Positions 8,842 through 18,238 of a stretch of 47,573 bases of DNA are shown piece after piece. This DNA comes from Terriglobia bacterium (GTDB lineage: Bacteria; Acidobacteriota; Terriglobia; Versatilivoradales; Versatilivoraceae): positions 1 through 47,573 of the forward strand of contig DATKMG010000802.1 of NCBI GenBank assembly GCA_035541995.1, given 5' to 3'. The notes beneath the pieces are model-generated. The model saw only the letters and a program-made list of their open reading frames with translations. It was not told the DNA's origin and made no database searches. Position 1 is the first letter of the stretch, and the number at the start of each line of letters is the position of its first letter. The position numbers and the translations under genes are program-made.

Positions 8842-11502
8842 ATGGCTTTAAACAAGGCCAAAGTATTAAAAGCTGCCGAGAAATACGTCATCCAAGGAAA
8901 AATCAGCCACGCTATTGCCGAATATCAAAAGCTGATTAAAGAGGACCCGACAGATCTCCCTCTGGTTAATACTTTGGGAGACCTGTATGTCCGGATCGGT
9001 AATATTGCGGAAGCAGTCAAATGCTTTACCCGGTTGGCAGAGAGCTATGACAATGGTGGGTTTGTGGTGCGCGCTATTGCCATGTACAAAAAGGTCTGCA
9101 AGACCGACCCGGCTCAAACAAACTCTCTGGTTCGCCTGGCTGATCTGTATGTCCGTCAGGGGTTGATGAGTGATGCCCGTTTCCATTATTTGCAGGCCGC
9201 CGATGTTCTGCTTCGCAAGGGAAATCTCAAGGAGGCCGCGGCGACTTTGAGCAAGACCGTCGAGGTGGATCCTGAAAACCCAGGCATCGACGGGCGTTTG
9301 GGAGAGGTAAGCCTGAAGCTGGGACAGAATGATGAGGCCCTTCGTGCTTTCCATTCCGCAGCCCGGAAGTCAAGGAAAAAGGGGGCACTAGCAGAAGCAG
9401 AAGACTATTTGCGGCGGGCCTTGGAGATCAACGAGGCCGATGTCGAGGTGGCCTTGACTTACTCTCAAGTCATCAGCGACTTGGGGCGTACCGAAGAAGC
9501 GCTGGCCCATCTGGACAAAATCCAGTTTCACGAATTCAACCAGGACATCTTGGAAGGGCGGTTTCGGATCCTGCTTAAAGCCGGGCAACTGGACGAAGCG
9601 TTGAAAACGGCCGACCATTTGATGGAGTTGGATAGCCAGTATTATAAGCTGAAGCTGAACCTTGGCGAGGCCCTCTGTAGTCAGGGGCAGCTGGACCGAG
9701 CTGCCCGTCAGGCTGGTGCAGTTGTCGACGCTGCCCTGGAGAGAAGTGAAGGTGAAGCGGTTGAAAACCATCTGAAATCGATCCTTCAAACAGAAGCTGA
9801 TCACATTCCAGCAATGTTGGAGTTGATTCGGTACTATTCGGCTGCCAATCTTACTCACAACCTCCCGGGTTTGCTGGAAAAGGTAGGAAATAGTTATCTC
9901 AGAAACGAACAGTTCGCAGAGGCCGCCAGCATATATACCCAATTGACTCGCCTCGAACCGGATCATCCGTCCCACCGCGAAACACTGAGACAGATCAAAG
10001 ACAAGCTTGGCATCGAGGGCGCGGATATCGAGCTTCCCCGTCTGATTCCGGATATGTCTACCATTGCCGAGAAGTTCGTCACGGAGCCCACTATCAGGAC
10101 CATAAAATCGGAAGTTCCGGAAGAAGGTACCGAGAGGGCGGCTGTTGAGGGATCTGAGTATAGCTCGGAACAGCTCCAGAGCTTGATTGTGGAGGGAGAC
10201 CTATTTGCCGGTTATGGGTTGTTTGAGAAGGCTGTTGAACAATACAAACGGATCCTGTTGTGGGTCCCTCATCACATTGAGGCCCACGAAAAGATCCGAG
10301 ACGTTTACGCTCGCGCCGGCGAATTACGCGAGGCGGCCCAGGAATGTTTGATCTTGGCCAGCATCTACACGGCTCGTAAAGATACAGAAAGCGCAAACCA
10401 CAACTTCGCGTTGGCTTATCAGTACGATCCGGATCTTCACCAACAGCCAATTTACCATGATGAGACGGGAGCGGTCGTTCCTGAAGTAGCCGCGACGACT
10501 CCCAAGAAACTAGTTTCCGCTGCCGAGCAGGAACGGCTGAAAGGCTTGGGAGAGGAGTTCGACTTTTACCTTGAACAAAACTTCCTTCCTGAAGCCAAAA
10601 GGTGTTTGGACGAGTACCTGCTGTTGGATCCCGATGGCCCGGAAGGCCAACTAAGATTGGAGCGGTACCAGCGCCAAGTCAAGAATCAGCCTCAGCCGGC
10701 CGGTGAAGAAGTCGCAGCGGTGCAGGCGGATGGCGAAAAACCATTTGCCGAGGAGATCAGCATCGAAGAGATCGAAGCTCCTTCGGCCCCTCCCAGCGAG
10801 GAGAAATCCCCCAAGGAAATCAATGTCCCGGCTGAGCCTGTCATCCCGGCCGGATTCGACAGATCACGGGAGGCTGAAGCCGAGGCGAAAAAAATCGTAG
10901 TCTCAGCTCCTGCAGCACCCTTTGCCGAGATGATGGATCATCTGGATTCCGAACTGGCCGACTCATCCCTGGAGAGGCCGGCATACCCCGCCAACGGCAG
11001 GGAGGAATTGCCGCATGGAGAGGCCCGAAAAGGATTGACGGAAAGTTCGAGTTTAGCTGAGATCTTCGCCGAATTCAAGGAAGGGTTAGAGGACGAAGAA
11101 AAGGAAGAGTCCGATTTTGAGACCCACTATAGTTTGGGCATTGCCTTCAAAGAAATGGGTCTTCTTGAGGAAGCTATCGCCGAGTTTCAGAGGGCGCTGA
11201 AAGGCCACTCGTCGACGGAGGATGGCGAGGAGTTCATGAAATGCTGCAACATGCTGGGCCTCTGTTTTGTTGAAAAAGGATTGCCACAGGTTGCGATTAA
11301 ATGGTTTACTAAGGGATTGGAAAGTCCCGGACGGGATGAAGAAACTTATCAGGCCTTACGCTACGATTTGGCGTGTGCCCACGAGAAGGCTGGCAACTGC
11401 AAAGCAGCTCTGGAGACCTTCCTGGATGTCTACGGGGTCAATGTCAATTATCGCGACGTAGCAGAGAAGATCGAGTCTCTGAAGAAGTCAATGAATGGTT
11501 AA
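8842..11502 (+). CDS. Large TPR-repeat protein with an acidic or low-complexity central linker
   Basis: The 886 aa product has repeated 34-residue A/L/Y-rich helical pairs at both ends and an E/P/A-rich linker at roughly aa 600-740. Confidence 0.8.
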   Translation: MALNKAKVLKAAEKYVIQGKISHAIAEYQKLIKEDPTDLPLVNTLGDLYVRIGNIAEAVKCFTRLAESYDNGGFVVRAIAMYKKVCKTDPAQTNSLVRLADLYVRQGLMSDARFHYLQAADVLLRKGNLKEAAATLSKTVEVDPENPGIDGRLGEVSLKLGQNDEALRAFHSAARKSRKKGALAEAEDYLRRALEINEADVEVALTYSQVISDLGRTEEALAHLDKIQFHEFNQDILEGRFRILLKAGQLDEALKTADHLMELDSQYYKLKLNLGEALCSQGQLDRAARQAGAVVDAALERSEGEAVENHLKSILQTEADHIPAMLELIRYYSAANLTHNLPGLLEKVGNSYLRNEQFAEAASIYTQLTRLEPDHPSHRETLRQIKDKLGIEGADIELPRLIPDMSTIAEKFVTEPTIRTIKSEVPEEGTERAAVEGSEYSSEQLQSLIVEGDLFAGYGLFEKAVEQYKRILLWVPHHIEAHEKIRDVYARAGELREAAQECLILASIYTARKDTESANHNFALAYQYDPDLHQQPIYHDETGAVVPEVAATTPKKLVSAAEQERLKGLGEEFDFYLEQNFLPEAKRCLDEYLLLDPDGPEGQLRLERYQRQVKNQPQPAGEEVAAVQADGEKPFAEEISIEEIEAPSAPPSEEKSPKEINVPAEPVIPAGFDRSREAEAEAKKIVVSAPAAPFAEMMDHLDSELADSSLERPAYPANGREELPHGEARKGLTESSSLAEIFAEFKEGLEDEEKEESDFETHYSLGIAFKEMGLLEEAIAEFQRALKGHSSTEDGEEFMKCCNMLGLCFVEKGLPQVAIKWFTKGLESPGRDEETYQALRYDLACAHEKAGNCKAALETFLDVYGVNVNYRDVAEKIESLKKSMNG

Positions 11503-11746
11503 CAAGATCCTGGTAGTGGTCTTCATCTTTTTCTGTTTTGAGTTGGGCTTTTTCCTGATCATCTTCCCGTGGTCTAAATATTGGGAAGACAACCTGTTCT
11601 TGCTGTATCTTCCCACCATTCGCGACGTCCTCCTCAATCACTATTTTCGTGGGGCCGTTTCCGGTTTGGGGCTAGTGGACATTGGGCTCGGCCTTTGGGA
11701 AGCCATGCATTTTAAGTTGGCTGTGACCTACCTGGACCAGAAGTAG
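11495..11746 (+). CDS. Small integral membrane protein (hypothetical)
   Basis: The 83 aa product has two hydrophobic segments. Its start overlaps the TPR gene stop (ATGGTTAA), which suggests translational coupling. Confidence 0.45.
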   Translation: MVNKILVVVFIFFCFELGFFLIIFPWSKYWEDNLFLLYLPTIRDVLLNHYFRGAVSGLGLVDIGLGLWEAMHFKLAVTYLDQK

Positions 11747-11747
11747 C

Positions 11748-12413
11748 GTGGCCTGGACTTACTACATTACTGATCGTAAAACCTGCCCTATTCCTCTCAT
11801 TGAGAATATTCGCCAAGCCATTGAAGCCTCAGTGGATATCATCCAGATTCGAGAAAAAGACTTGCCGGCACGGGAATTGTTTTCCTTGGCAGTCCAAGCC
11901 GCGACGCTCGCTAGAGGACGTTCGACTCGAGTCCTGGTCAACGACCGGTTGGACGTCGCCCTGGCAGCAGGTTTCGATGGTGTCCATCTGGCTCAGAACT
12001 CTGTCGGCCCTCGCTCCATCCGCCAACAACTCCACGCTTCCGAATTCCTGATTGGGGTATCGACCCATTCGATCGAGGAAATCCGGCAGCTCGAGGATCA
12101 AGGAATGAGTTTTGTTACCTTTGGTCCAGTATACTATACTCCTTCCAAGGCGGCTTACGGGGTCCCGGTTGGACCGGAGGCACTGCGAGAAGCAGTCCGG
12201 GCGTCTCGGATTCCAGTGCTGGCATTAGGAGGCATCGACGAGGGGAACTACCGCCAGTGCCTGGCGCTCGGGGCCGCCGGAATTGCTGCTATCCGGTTAT
12301 TCCAGAACCCTAACGGCTTTCCGGGGGCATTGGTGGAGGCCGTGCGCCGGTTCCCCCTCTGCATGACGTCTCAGCCGCAAGCCGACGGGGGGGCATGCCC
12401 ACGTCGAAATTGA
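11748..12413 (+). CDS. Thiamine-phosphate synthase (ThiE/TenI family)-like protein
   Basis: VDIIQIREKDL, a TIM-barrel phosphate-binding pattern, and VLALGGI...N near the C-terminus are present. The start is GTG. Confidence 0.72.
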   Translation: MAWTYYITDRKTCPIPLIENIRQAIEASVDIIQIREKDLPARELFSLAVQAATLARGRSTRVLVNDRLDVALAAGFDGVHLAQNSVGPRSIRQQLHASEFLIGVSTHSIEEIRQLEDQGMSFVTFGPVYYTPSKAAYGVPVGPEALREAVRASRIPVLALGGIDEGNYRQCLALGAAGIAAIRLFQNPNGFPGALVEAVRRFPLCMTSQPQADGGACPRRN

Positions 12414-12430
12414 AATACTCAGGAGGGACC

Positions 12431-13843
12431 ATGCGGATATTTCCGCTTCTTGTCCTGATTATGTCGCTCGCTGTTTCAACTCCTGTCTTTGCTCAGGATA
12501 TCGTGACGGTTCGTCCGACGGAGAGTGACGATGTTCTGGTGAACCCTGGGATCGGATTCATGACCTTCCAACGGTTCAATGGAGACGCTTTGAATGCGGG
12601 AACCCGATGGACAGAGGGATATCCCCTCGAATATCGGGACTTCAATGGGCGACTGAAAATTGCCGATTATCCCCTCACCTCCCTGGCGTATTTTCGGGTC
12701 TACTGGAAGTACGTCGAGCCTGAAATGGGAAAGTACCAGTATGACATGTTGGACAAGGCGCTGAAAACAGCGGCTAGCCGGGGGCAGACGCTGCTGCTTC
12801 GGATTGCGCCTTACGGCACTGAATCCGACAATGATGCGCCCTTGTGGTATCGTCAAATGGTGGGCAGTGAGAGCAGCAAGCACCTGCCGGAACGGAAATG
12901 GCGCACGGATCCCGAGGATCCCCGTTACACCCAGTATTTCGGTTCCATGATCCGGGCCTTGGGTCGGCATTTTGACGGGCATCCGGACCTTGAGAGCGTC
13001 GACCTCGCCATTGTGGGAGCTTGGGGAGAAGGAGCAGGCTCGGAACTCCTTTCTCAGAGAACTCGTGAGGCACTGGTCTCAAGCTACCTCGAGTCTTTTC
13101 CAAATACCCCATTAATCATGCTCCTGACCGATCGGAAGACTAACCTTTGCGGGCTTTCGAGACGGGATGTGGGGTGGAGGGTGGATTGCCTTGGCGACAT
13201 GGGAGGATTCAGCAAGTCCTGGTGCCACATGCTGGACGCTTATCCAGAAGGGATCATCAATTTCGGAATGGAGGGCGCTTGGAAAAGGGCTCCGGTGTCA
13301 TTTGAGGTGTGTTGGGTGATGCAGCACTGGAAGGATGAAGGATGGGATATCGACTACATCATCGATCAGTCACTCAAGTGGCACATCTCCTCCTTCAACG
13401 CCAAGTCCTCAGCGGTTCCCAATGACTGGTGGCCACAGGTGAACCGCTGGCTGAAGCACATGGGCTATCGATTGGTGTTGCGCAAGTTTACTTACCCTTC
13501 AATTGCCTCTCCCGGAGGCAAACTCGCCTTTACCTCCTGGTGGGAAAACAAAGGGGTAGCCCCGTGCTATCACTTCTTCCCTTTGGCTTTGCGGGTACAA
13601 AGCCCGAGGCAAGCTGAAATCCTCGTGACTCAGGCGGACATCCGCTCCTGGTTGCCTGGCGATTCCCTTTATGACGATGCAGTCTTCCTTCCGGCGGACT
13701 TGGCTCCGGATGATTATGACTTGAGCCTGGCCCTGCTCGATCCTTGGACTCGCAAGCCCAAAGTGAAATTCGCCAATGCCGGCATGCAGGCGGATGGTTG
13801 GTATCCCCTGGGCAAAATCAAAATCGAAGGTCGGGGCCACTGA
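12431..13843 (+). CDS. Secreted glycoside-hydrolase-like protein (GH42/GH5-like TIM barrel; resembles the DUF4832 family from memory)
   Basis: AGGAGG (12421-12426) precedes the ATG at 12431. The signal peptide is MRIFPLLVLIMSLAVSTPVFA-QD. The segment YWKYVEPEMGKYQYDMLDKAL resembles clan GH-A hydrolases. Confidence 0.55.
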   Translation: MRIFPLLVLIMSLAVSTPVFAQDIVTVRPTESDDVLVNPGIGFMTFQRFNGDALNAGTRWTEGYPLEYRDFNGRLKIADYPLTSLAYFRVYWKYVEPEMGKYQYDMLDKALKTAASRGQTLLLRIAPYGTESDNDAPLWYRQMVGSESSKHLPERKWRTDPEDPRYTQYFGSMIRALGRHFDGHPDLESVDLAIVGAWGEGAGSELLSQRTREALVSSYLESFPNTPLIMLLTDRKTNLCGLSRRDVGWRVDCLGDMGGFSKSWCHMLDAYPEGIINFGMEGAWKRAPVSFEVCWVMQHWKDEGWDIDYIIDQSLKWHISSFNAKSSAVPNDWWPQVNRWLKHMGYRLVLRKFTYPSIASPGGKLAFTSWWENKGVAPCYHFFPLALRVQSPRQAEILVTQADIRSWLPGDSLYDDAVFLPADLAPDDYDLSLALLDPWTRKPKVKFANAGMQADGWYPLGKIKIEGRGH

Positions 13844-14036
13844 ATCGGCACCCTGACCAGATGACCTCCTGCTGCAGGAAGAATTACGTCGGAAGTAGGT
13901 TTGGGCATCGACCGGTGATAGGCTGCCAGCTATGTCCGCGCCGCCCCCTCTCGAGAGGGATATCGCAACAACCTCCGATCGATTTTCTTAACAGTGTGAT
14001 AGTTATCCGTGCCGCCTGACAAATCTGGTCTTAACT

Positions 14037-14366
14037 TCATTTTTCTAGATCCTCCACCGGTCCCACTTTTTCAATTTGCTTCTCCCACGAGTCTTGACTA
14101 TTCTTCTCTTGGTCATTTATTCCTTGGTCGGCCACCTCATGATCGGAGGCTTCCAGATCATGACATGCCCCGTTTATCATCCAATTTTGCTATAAGCTCG
14201 CCTTTGGCTGTGCTGCAAAATGAATTAAATGATCATTTCTGTCATGTTGCGAATTTGTCACGTACCACATGGCGTAGGAACGTTCCAGATTGTTATTCAT
14301 GATGGTCAATTCCTTGAAGCCAATGAATACAAGGTTCTCCCGAGCCACAATATCCTGCAGTTTCAT
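14037..14366 (-). pseudogene. Hypothetical ORF interrupted by one in-frame TAG (58 codons, stop, 50 codons); the C-terminal half is acidic
   Basis: My own translation of the minus strand gives MKLQDIVARENLVFIGFKEL...QPKASL, then TAG at 14190-14192, then QNWMINGACHDLEASDHEVADQGINDQEKNSQDSWEKQIEKVGPVEDLEK. The ORF falls below the 60 aa cut-off of the track and is divergent from radC. Confidence 0.3.
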
Positions 14367-14395
14367 ATTGGTAGGTAACTCCCCCAGGGACAGGA

Positions 14396-15127
14396 ATGAG
14401 ATTAGCTTCCGTTAAAGATTTAGGTAATGGTTCGATGAAATCATCCCTTGATAAGTACACAGACCCGGCTGGACACAGAAAACGCTTGCGAGAGCGTTTT
14501 CTGAAGGCTGGTCAAACCTCCCTCCCTGATTACGAACTGCTTGAACTGCTCTTGACCTATGCCATCCCCCGCGCCGATACAAAGCCAATAGCAAAAGCCA
14601 TTCTTGATAAGTTTGGTAGCTTCATCAATGCGCTCCAACAGCCGAGTGAACGTTTGGCAGAAATCAAGGGAGTTGGGCGGAATACGGTTTCTTTACTTCG
14701 TGTCGTTCGGGCTTGTCTGATCCGATGTATGGAGATGGAGGTTGAAAAACAATCATCCATTTCCGGGCCTGAGGACGTCTTTGCCTTTGTCCGGATGCAT
14801 TTGGGCTCCCACGCTAAGGAATGCATCTATGTTTTCTATCTCAACGAGACTAGGCAAATCGTTCACCACGCTGAGATTGTGGCGGGAACGGTTGATAGGG
14901 CACCCTTCTATCCGCGGGAAATCCTGAAACCAGCAATGTTATATAACGCAACTGGACTAATCCTAGTTCATAACCATCCCGAAGGCCAGCCCGCCCCTTC
15001 TGACCAGGATTTTGAAATGACGAGGAAGCTGGAGGACATTGCAGCCCTTCTTGGTATCAAATTACTGGACCATTTGATTGTGACACCACAGCAGGCGTAC
15101 AGCATTAAGACGGGCAAGCTCTTATGA
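14396..15127 (+). CDS. radC: RadC-like JAB-domain protein (HhH plus JAB/MPN metalloenzyme fold)
   Basis: The HhH motif is LAEIKGVG and the JAB motif is HNHPEGQPAPSDQD. The start may instead be the ATG at 14435. The stop overlaps the next ATG (ATGA at 15124-15127). Confidence 0.88.
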   Translation: MRLASVKDLGNGSMKSSLDKYTDPAGHRKRLRERFLKAGQTSLPDYELLELLLTYAIPRADTKPIAKAILDKFGSFINALQQPSERLAEIKGVGRNTVSLLRVVRACLIRCMEMEVEKQSSISGPEDVFAFVRMHLGSHAKECIYVFYLNETRQIVHHAEIVAGTVDRAPFYPREILKPAMLYNATGLILVHNHPEGQPAPSDQDFEMTRKLEDIAALLGIKLLDHLIVTPQQAYSIKTGKLL

Positions 15128-17114
15128 GTTCCTTTGCAGATCTAAAATCCTCGTGTCCGGGAATTATCGTTCCGGGGACCCTCGCCTCAGGAGCACAAGC
15201 CGAAGAACCCGTGGCTGCCCTTGAGAGAGTGCAACTTCTAGGCGAACACGTTATCCGGTGCATTCTGGCATTTGAGGGGCTTGAAGATCGAGATGGCATC
15301 ACACAAACTGACCGGCTCAATACGCTGAGCAATCGCGGCTTACTGCCATCTACGCTTCTGCCATTCTTTCACGCCATAAACGAAACAAGTCAAACGGCGG
15401 GTATGCCGCCTGCGGCTCTCCAGATGCGAGTAGCGCTGACAGCGAAGCTTGCAGAGCGCTTGGCGACCTGGTTTGCAAAGTCCTACGGCCCGCAACTCTC
15501 AGTTACTGCAAAGTCTGCCTCTAACGCGGAGAGTGCTATCAAAGCCATCCGTGAAAGTACGTCTTCCGATGGTATCCGGCGATCAGCTCGAGAATCAGCT
15601 GCACGCCGTGCAAACACGATGCAGCTAGGCGAGGATGAAACACGGGTTCTTATCGACTTTCAGTTGCGGGCTGCGGGTTGGCAGACCGACACTTGGGCTA
15701 TTCGCCATTCCCAGGGTGCACGTCCCGAAAAGGGGAGCAACAAGGCTATAGCCGAATGGCCAACCGAGACTGGCCCTGCAGACTATGCCTTGTTTTCTGG
15801 ACTCGATTTGGTTGGCGTCGTGGAAGCCAAGAAGATGGGAAAGGATGTGATTGCCCACCTCAAGCAGAGCAAACGTTACTCGCACGGGATCACGCTGGAT
15901 GCGGAGGCCCGCTTCGTAGGAGGCCCCTGGGAGGATTACCGGGTTCCGTTCCTCTTTTCGACCAATGCCCGCCCCTATCTGGATCAACTCAAGGAAAAGT
16001 CCGGCATTTGGTTTCTTGATGCACGTTGCCCCACCAATCATCCTCGCCCGCTTCTGGGATGGTACTCGCCCGAGGAGCTTCTTGATTTGCTCCAGCAGGA
16101 CGTTTTGGCCGCGGAGGAAAGACTTGCCAACGAGCCCCTGGACTACCTTGGGCTCCGCGACTACCAGCAAAAGGCTATCCGTAGGATCGAATCTGCTCTT
16201 GACCAGGGCCAAAGTCGACTCTCGTGGCCATGGCGACCGGAACTGGGAAAACCCTCCTCGCTATTGGGCTCATCTATCGGCTGATCAAGTCCCAACGTTT
16301 TCGACGGATCTTGTTTGTGGTCGACCGTAACTCCTTGGGAGAACAAGCTGGAGACAAATTCAAAGAAATGCGCCTGGAAGAGCTGAAGACCTTTGATCAG
16401 ATTTATGATCTCAAGGAAGTGGATGATTCAGGCATCGAACCCACTACTAAGGCTAGGATTGCCACTGTACAAGGCTTAATGCACGCAATCATGTACGCTT
16501 CGGATGTCTATGAAGTTCCTAGCGTCGGGCAATTCGACTGCATCATTGTTGACGAAGCCCATCGTGGCTATACGCTAGACCGCGAACTTCAGGACGATAC
16601 GCTTCCTTACCGCGACCAGAATGATTATCTGAGCAAGTACCGCCGCGTGATCGACTATTTCGACGCGGTCAAGCTCGGGCTGACGGCCACACCAGCTCCG
16701 CACACCGTTGAGATCTTTGGCAAGCCCGTATACACCTACAGCTACCGGGAAGCTGTCATCGACGGGTGGTTGGTGGACCATGAGCCTCCACATCAGCTCG
16801 TCACACGCTTGGCCAAAGAGGGGATTAAATGGGAGAAGGGTGACACTATTCCAGTCTATGACCCGGCCACAGGGCAAATCACCAATATTGAGAATATTCC
16901 GGATGAGGTCAAGCTCGAAATCGAGCACTTCAACAAGCTTGTCCTTACCGAGAACTTTAATCGCACTGTAGCCCGCGGCGAGCTTGTCCCCCAGGAACCG
17001 GATGATGAGCCGGCTTCGGTGTTGCTTGAACGCTTACGAGAGGAAAAGGCGCGGATTGCTACGGATCAGAAAACCAAGATCATGGATGTGACCGAGTCAA
17101 TGTCTACTTGTTGA
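15124..17114 (+). pseudogene. hsdR: Type I restriction enzyme R-subunit-like nuclease/helicase, frameshifted, truncated and fused to an HsdS-like conserved helix
   Basis: The N-terminus is helical and DUF4145-like. A PD-(D/E)xK motif follows (ADYALF...VVEAKK). The frame breaks at 16219-16223 just before Walker A MATGTGKT. DEAH (VDEAH at 16548-16562) and TATP are present, but helicase motifs IV-VI are absent. The last about 46 aa (GELVPQEPDDEPASVLLERLREEKARI) match the HsdS central conserved region. Confidence 0.8.
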
Positions 17115-17170
17115 CACTCGCAAAAAGCGTGCACCCACCGCCTGGGAAGGAGAATATAATAGAGTTTCCT

Positions 17171-18238
17171 ATGGAATCTTCTCAATCACAGATTACACGC
17201 CTCGAACAGCGGCTCGGAGCTGACTGGAACTTTATTCGAGAAGCGCGAGTACGTACCCAGAAAAAACGCGATGAGTTGAGATCGGTTCTGGCTGGATTTG
17301 ATTCAGAGGACACAAGCATCGTGGTATTCGGATCATTAGCGCGAGACGAATTCACTGAAGGAAGCGATATCGACTGGACACTCCTCATCGACGGCTCCGC
17401 TGATCCCAAACATCTTGAACTAATACCTCAAATTACAGAAGTCATTAGCAAGGCCTCTGCGAAAGATCCAGGGCGTGAGGGTACATTCGGAAACATGGCA
17501 TTCAGCCATGAGTTGATACATCTAATCGGAGGCGAAGATGATACAAATCGGAACACGACTCGTCGGATATTGCTCTTGTTAGAGTCTGATGTCGTTGGCC
17601 GACCCGAGGCTTATGATCGCGTAGTTAAGAATGTTCTTCAACGTTACTTAAATGAAGATCGGGGTTTTCTTCGTGGTACGGCACAGCATCATGTCCCACG
17701 CTTTCTCTTAAATGACCTCGCGCGGTATTGGCGAACTATGGCAGTTGACTTTGCCTACAAGCAAAGAACTCGTTTTGGCAGGGGCGGAGCCATAAGAAAC
17801 ATCAAGTTGCGGATGTCCCGTAAGCTCATCTATGTTTCTGGGTTGCTGACTTGTTTTAGCTGCCAGTTGGGATTTGGGGAAGTTCTAGGTCCAATCAATT
17901 GTCACAGGACTAATGGCTCCCTCGAATGCATCGAATGCCTGCGAAGATTCTTACGGCGAACACCGCTCGAGATCCTGGCAAGTGCATTTTTGCATTTTGA
18001 GCACTTGGATGAGACTGCGCGAATGGTCGTCGATGCGTATAATGCGTTCTTGGGAATACTTTCAGACCAAAGCCTTCGAGAGCACCTCGAAAATCTTCCT
18101 CCTGATCCCGATCAATCCGACGAAACCTTCCAGAAAGCTCGGAAATTGAGTCATGTTTTCCGAGACGGGTTGCTGGAACTGTTCTTCGACGAAAAGACAG
18201 AATTGTGTCAATTGACTAAAACGTATGGAGTTTTCTAA
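17171..18238 (+). CDS. Pol-beta superfamily nucleotidyltransferase with a GlnD/GlnE-like helical substrate-binding region
   Basis: The signature is VVFGSLARDEFTEGSDIDWTLLID, with GS at 17330-17335 and DID at 17366-17374. Downstream elements TTRRILLLLESDVVG and GGAIRNIKL resemble GlnD/GlnE. The start is uncertain, either the ATG at 17171 or upstream in the ORF that opens at 17108. Confidence 0.78.
   Translation: MESSQSQITRLEQRLGADWNFIREARVRTQKKRDELRSVLAGFDSEDTSIVVFGSLARDEFTEGSDIDWTLLIDGSADPKHLELIPQITEVISKASAKDPGREGTFGNMAFSHELIHLIGGEDDTNRNTTRRILLLLESDVVGRPEAYDRVVKNVLQRYLNEDRGFLRGTAQHHVPRFLLNDLARYWRTMAVDFAYKQRTRFGRGGAIRNIKLRMSRKLIYVSGLLTCFSCQLGFGEVLGPINCHRTNGSLECIECLRRFLRRTPLEILASAFLHFEHLDETARMVVDAYNAFLGILSDQSLREHLENLPPDPDQSDETFQKARKLSHVFRDGLLELFFDEKTELCQLTKTYGVF

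Noticed and set aside
8866-9975. Minus-strand ORFs of 162 and 195 aa.
   Set aside because: They are antisense shadows of the TPR protein gene and have no motifs or RBS.
14009-14302. A 97 aa plus-strand ORF in the island's upstream spacer.
   Set aside because: The product is Pro/Ser/Leu-rich and low-complexity. It looks like the antisense of the more protein-like, stop-interrupted minus-strand ORF.
15625-16212. A 195 aa minus-strand ORF, plus 113 aa and 121 aa plus-strand alternative-frame ORFs, inside the hsdR-like region.
   Set aside because: The frame carrying PD-(D/E)xK and the helicase motifs explains the region. The others are alternative-frame artefacts, except that 16224-17114 is the genuine post-frameshift continuation.
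16201-16240. Programmed ribosomal frameshifting as an explanation for the hsdR-like frame break.
   Set aside because: There is no X XXY YYZ slippery heptamer and no obvious stimulatory structure downstream. Mutation or a sequencing error at the CT repeat is more parsimonious.
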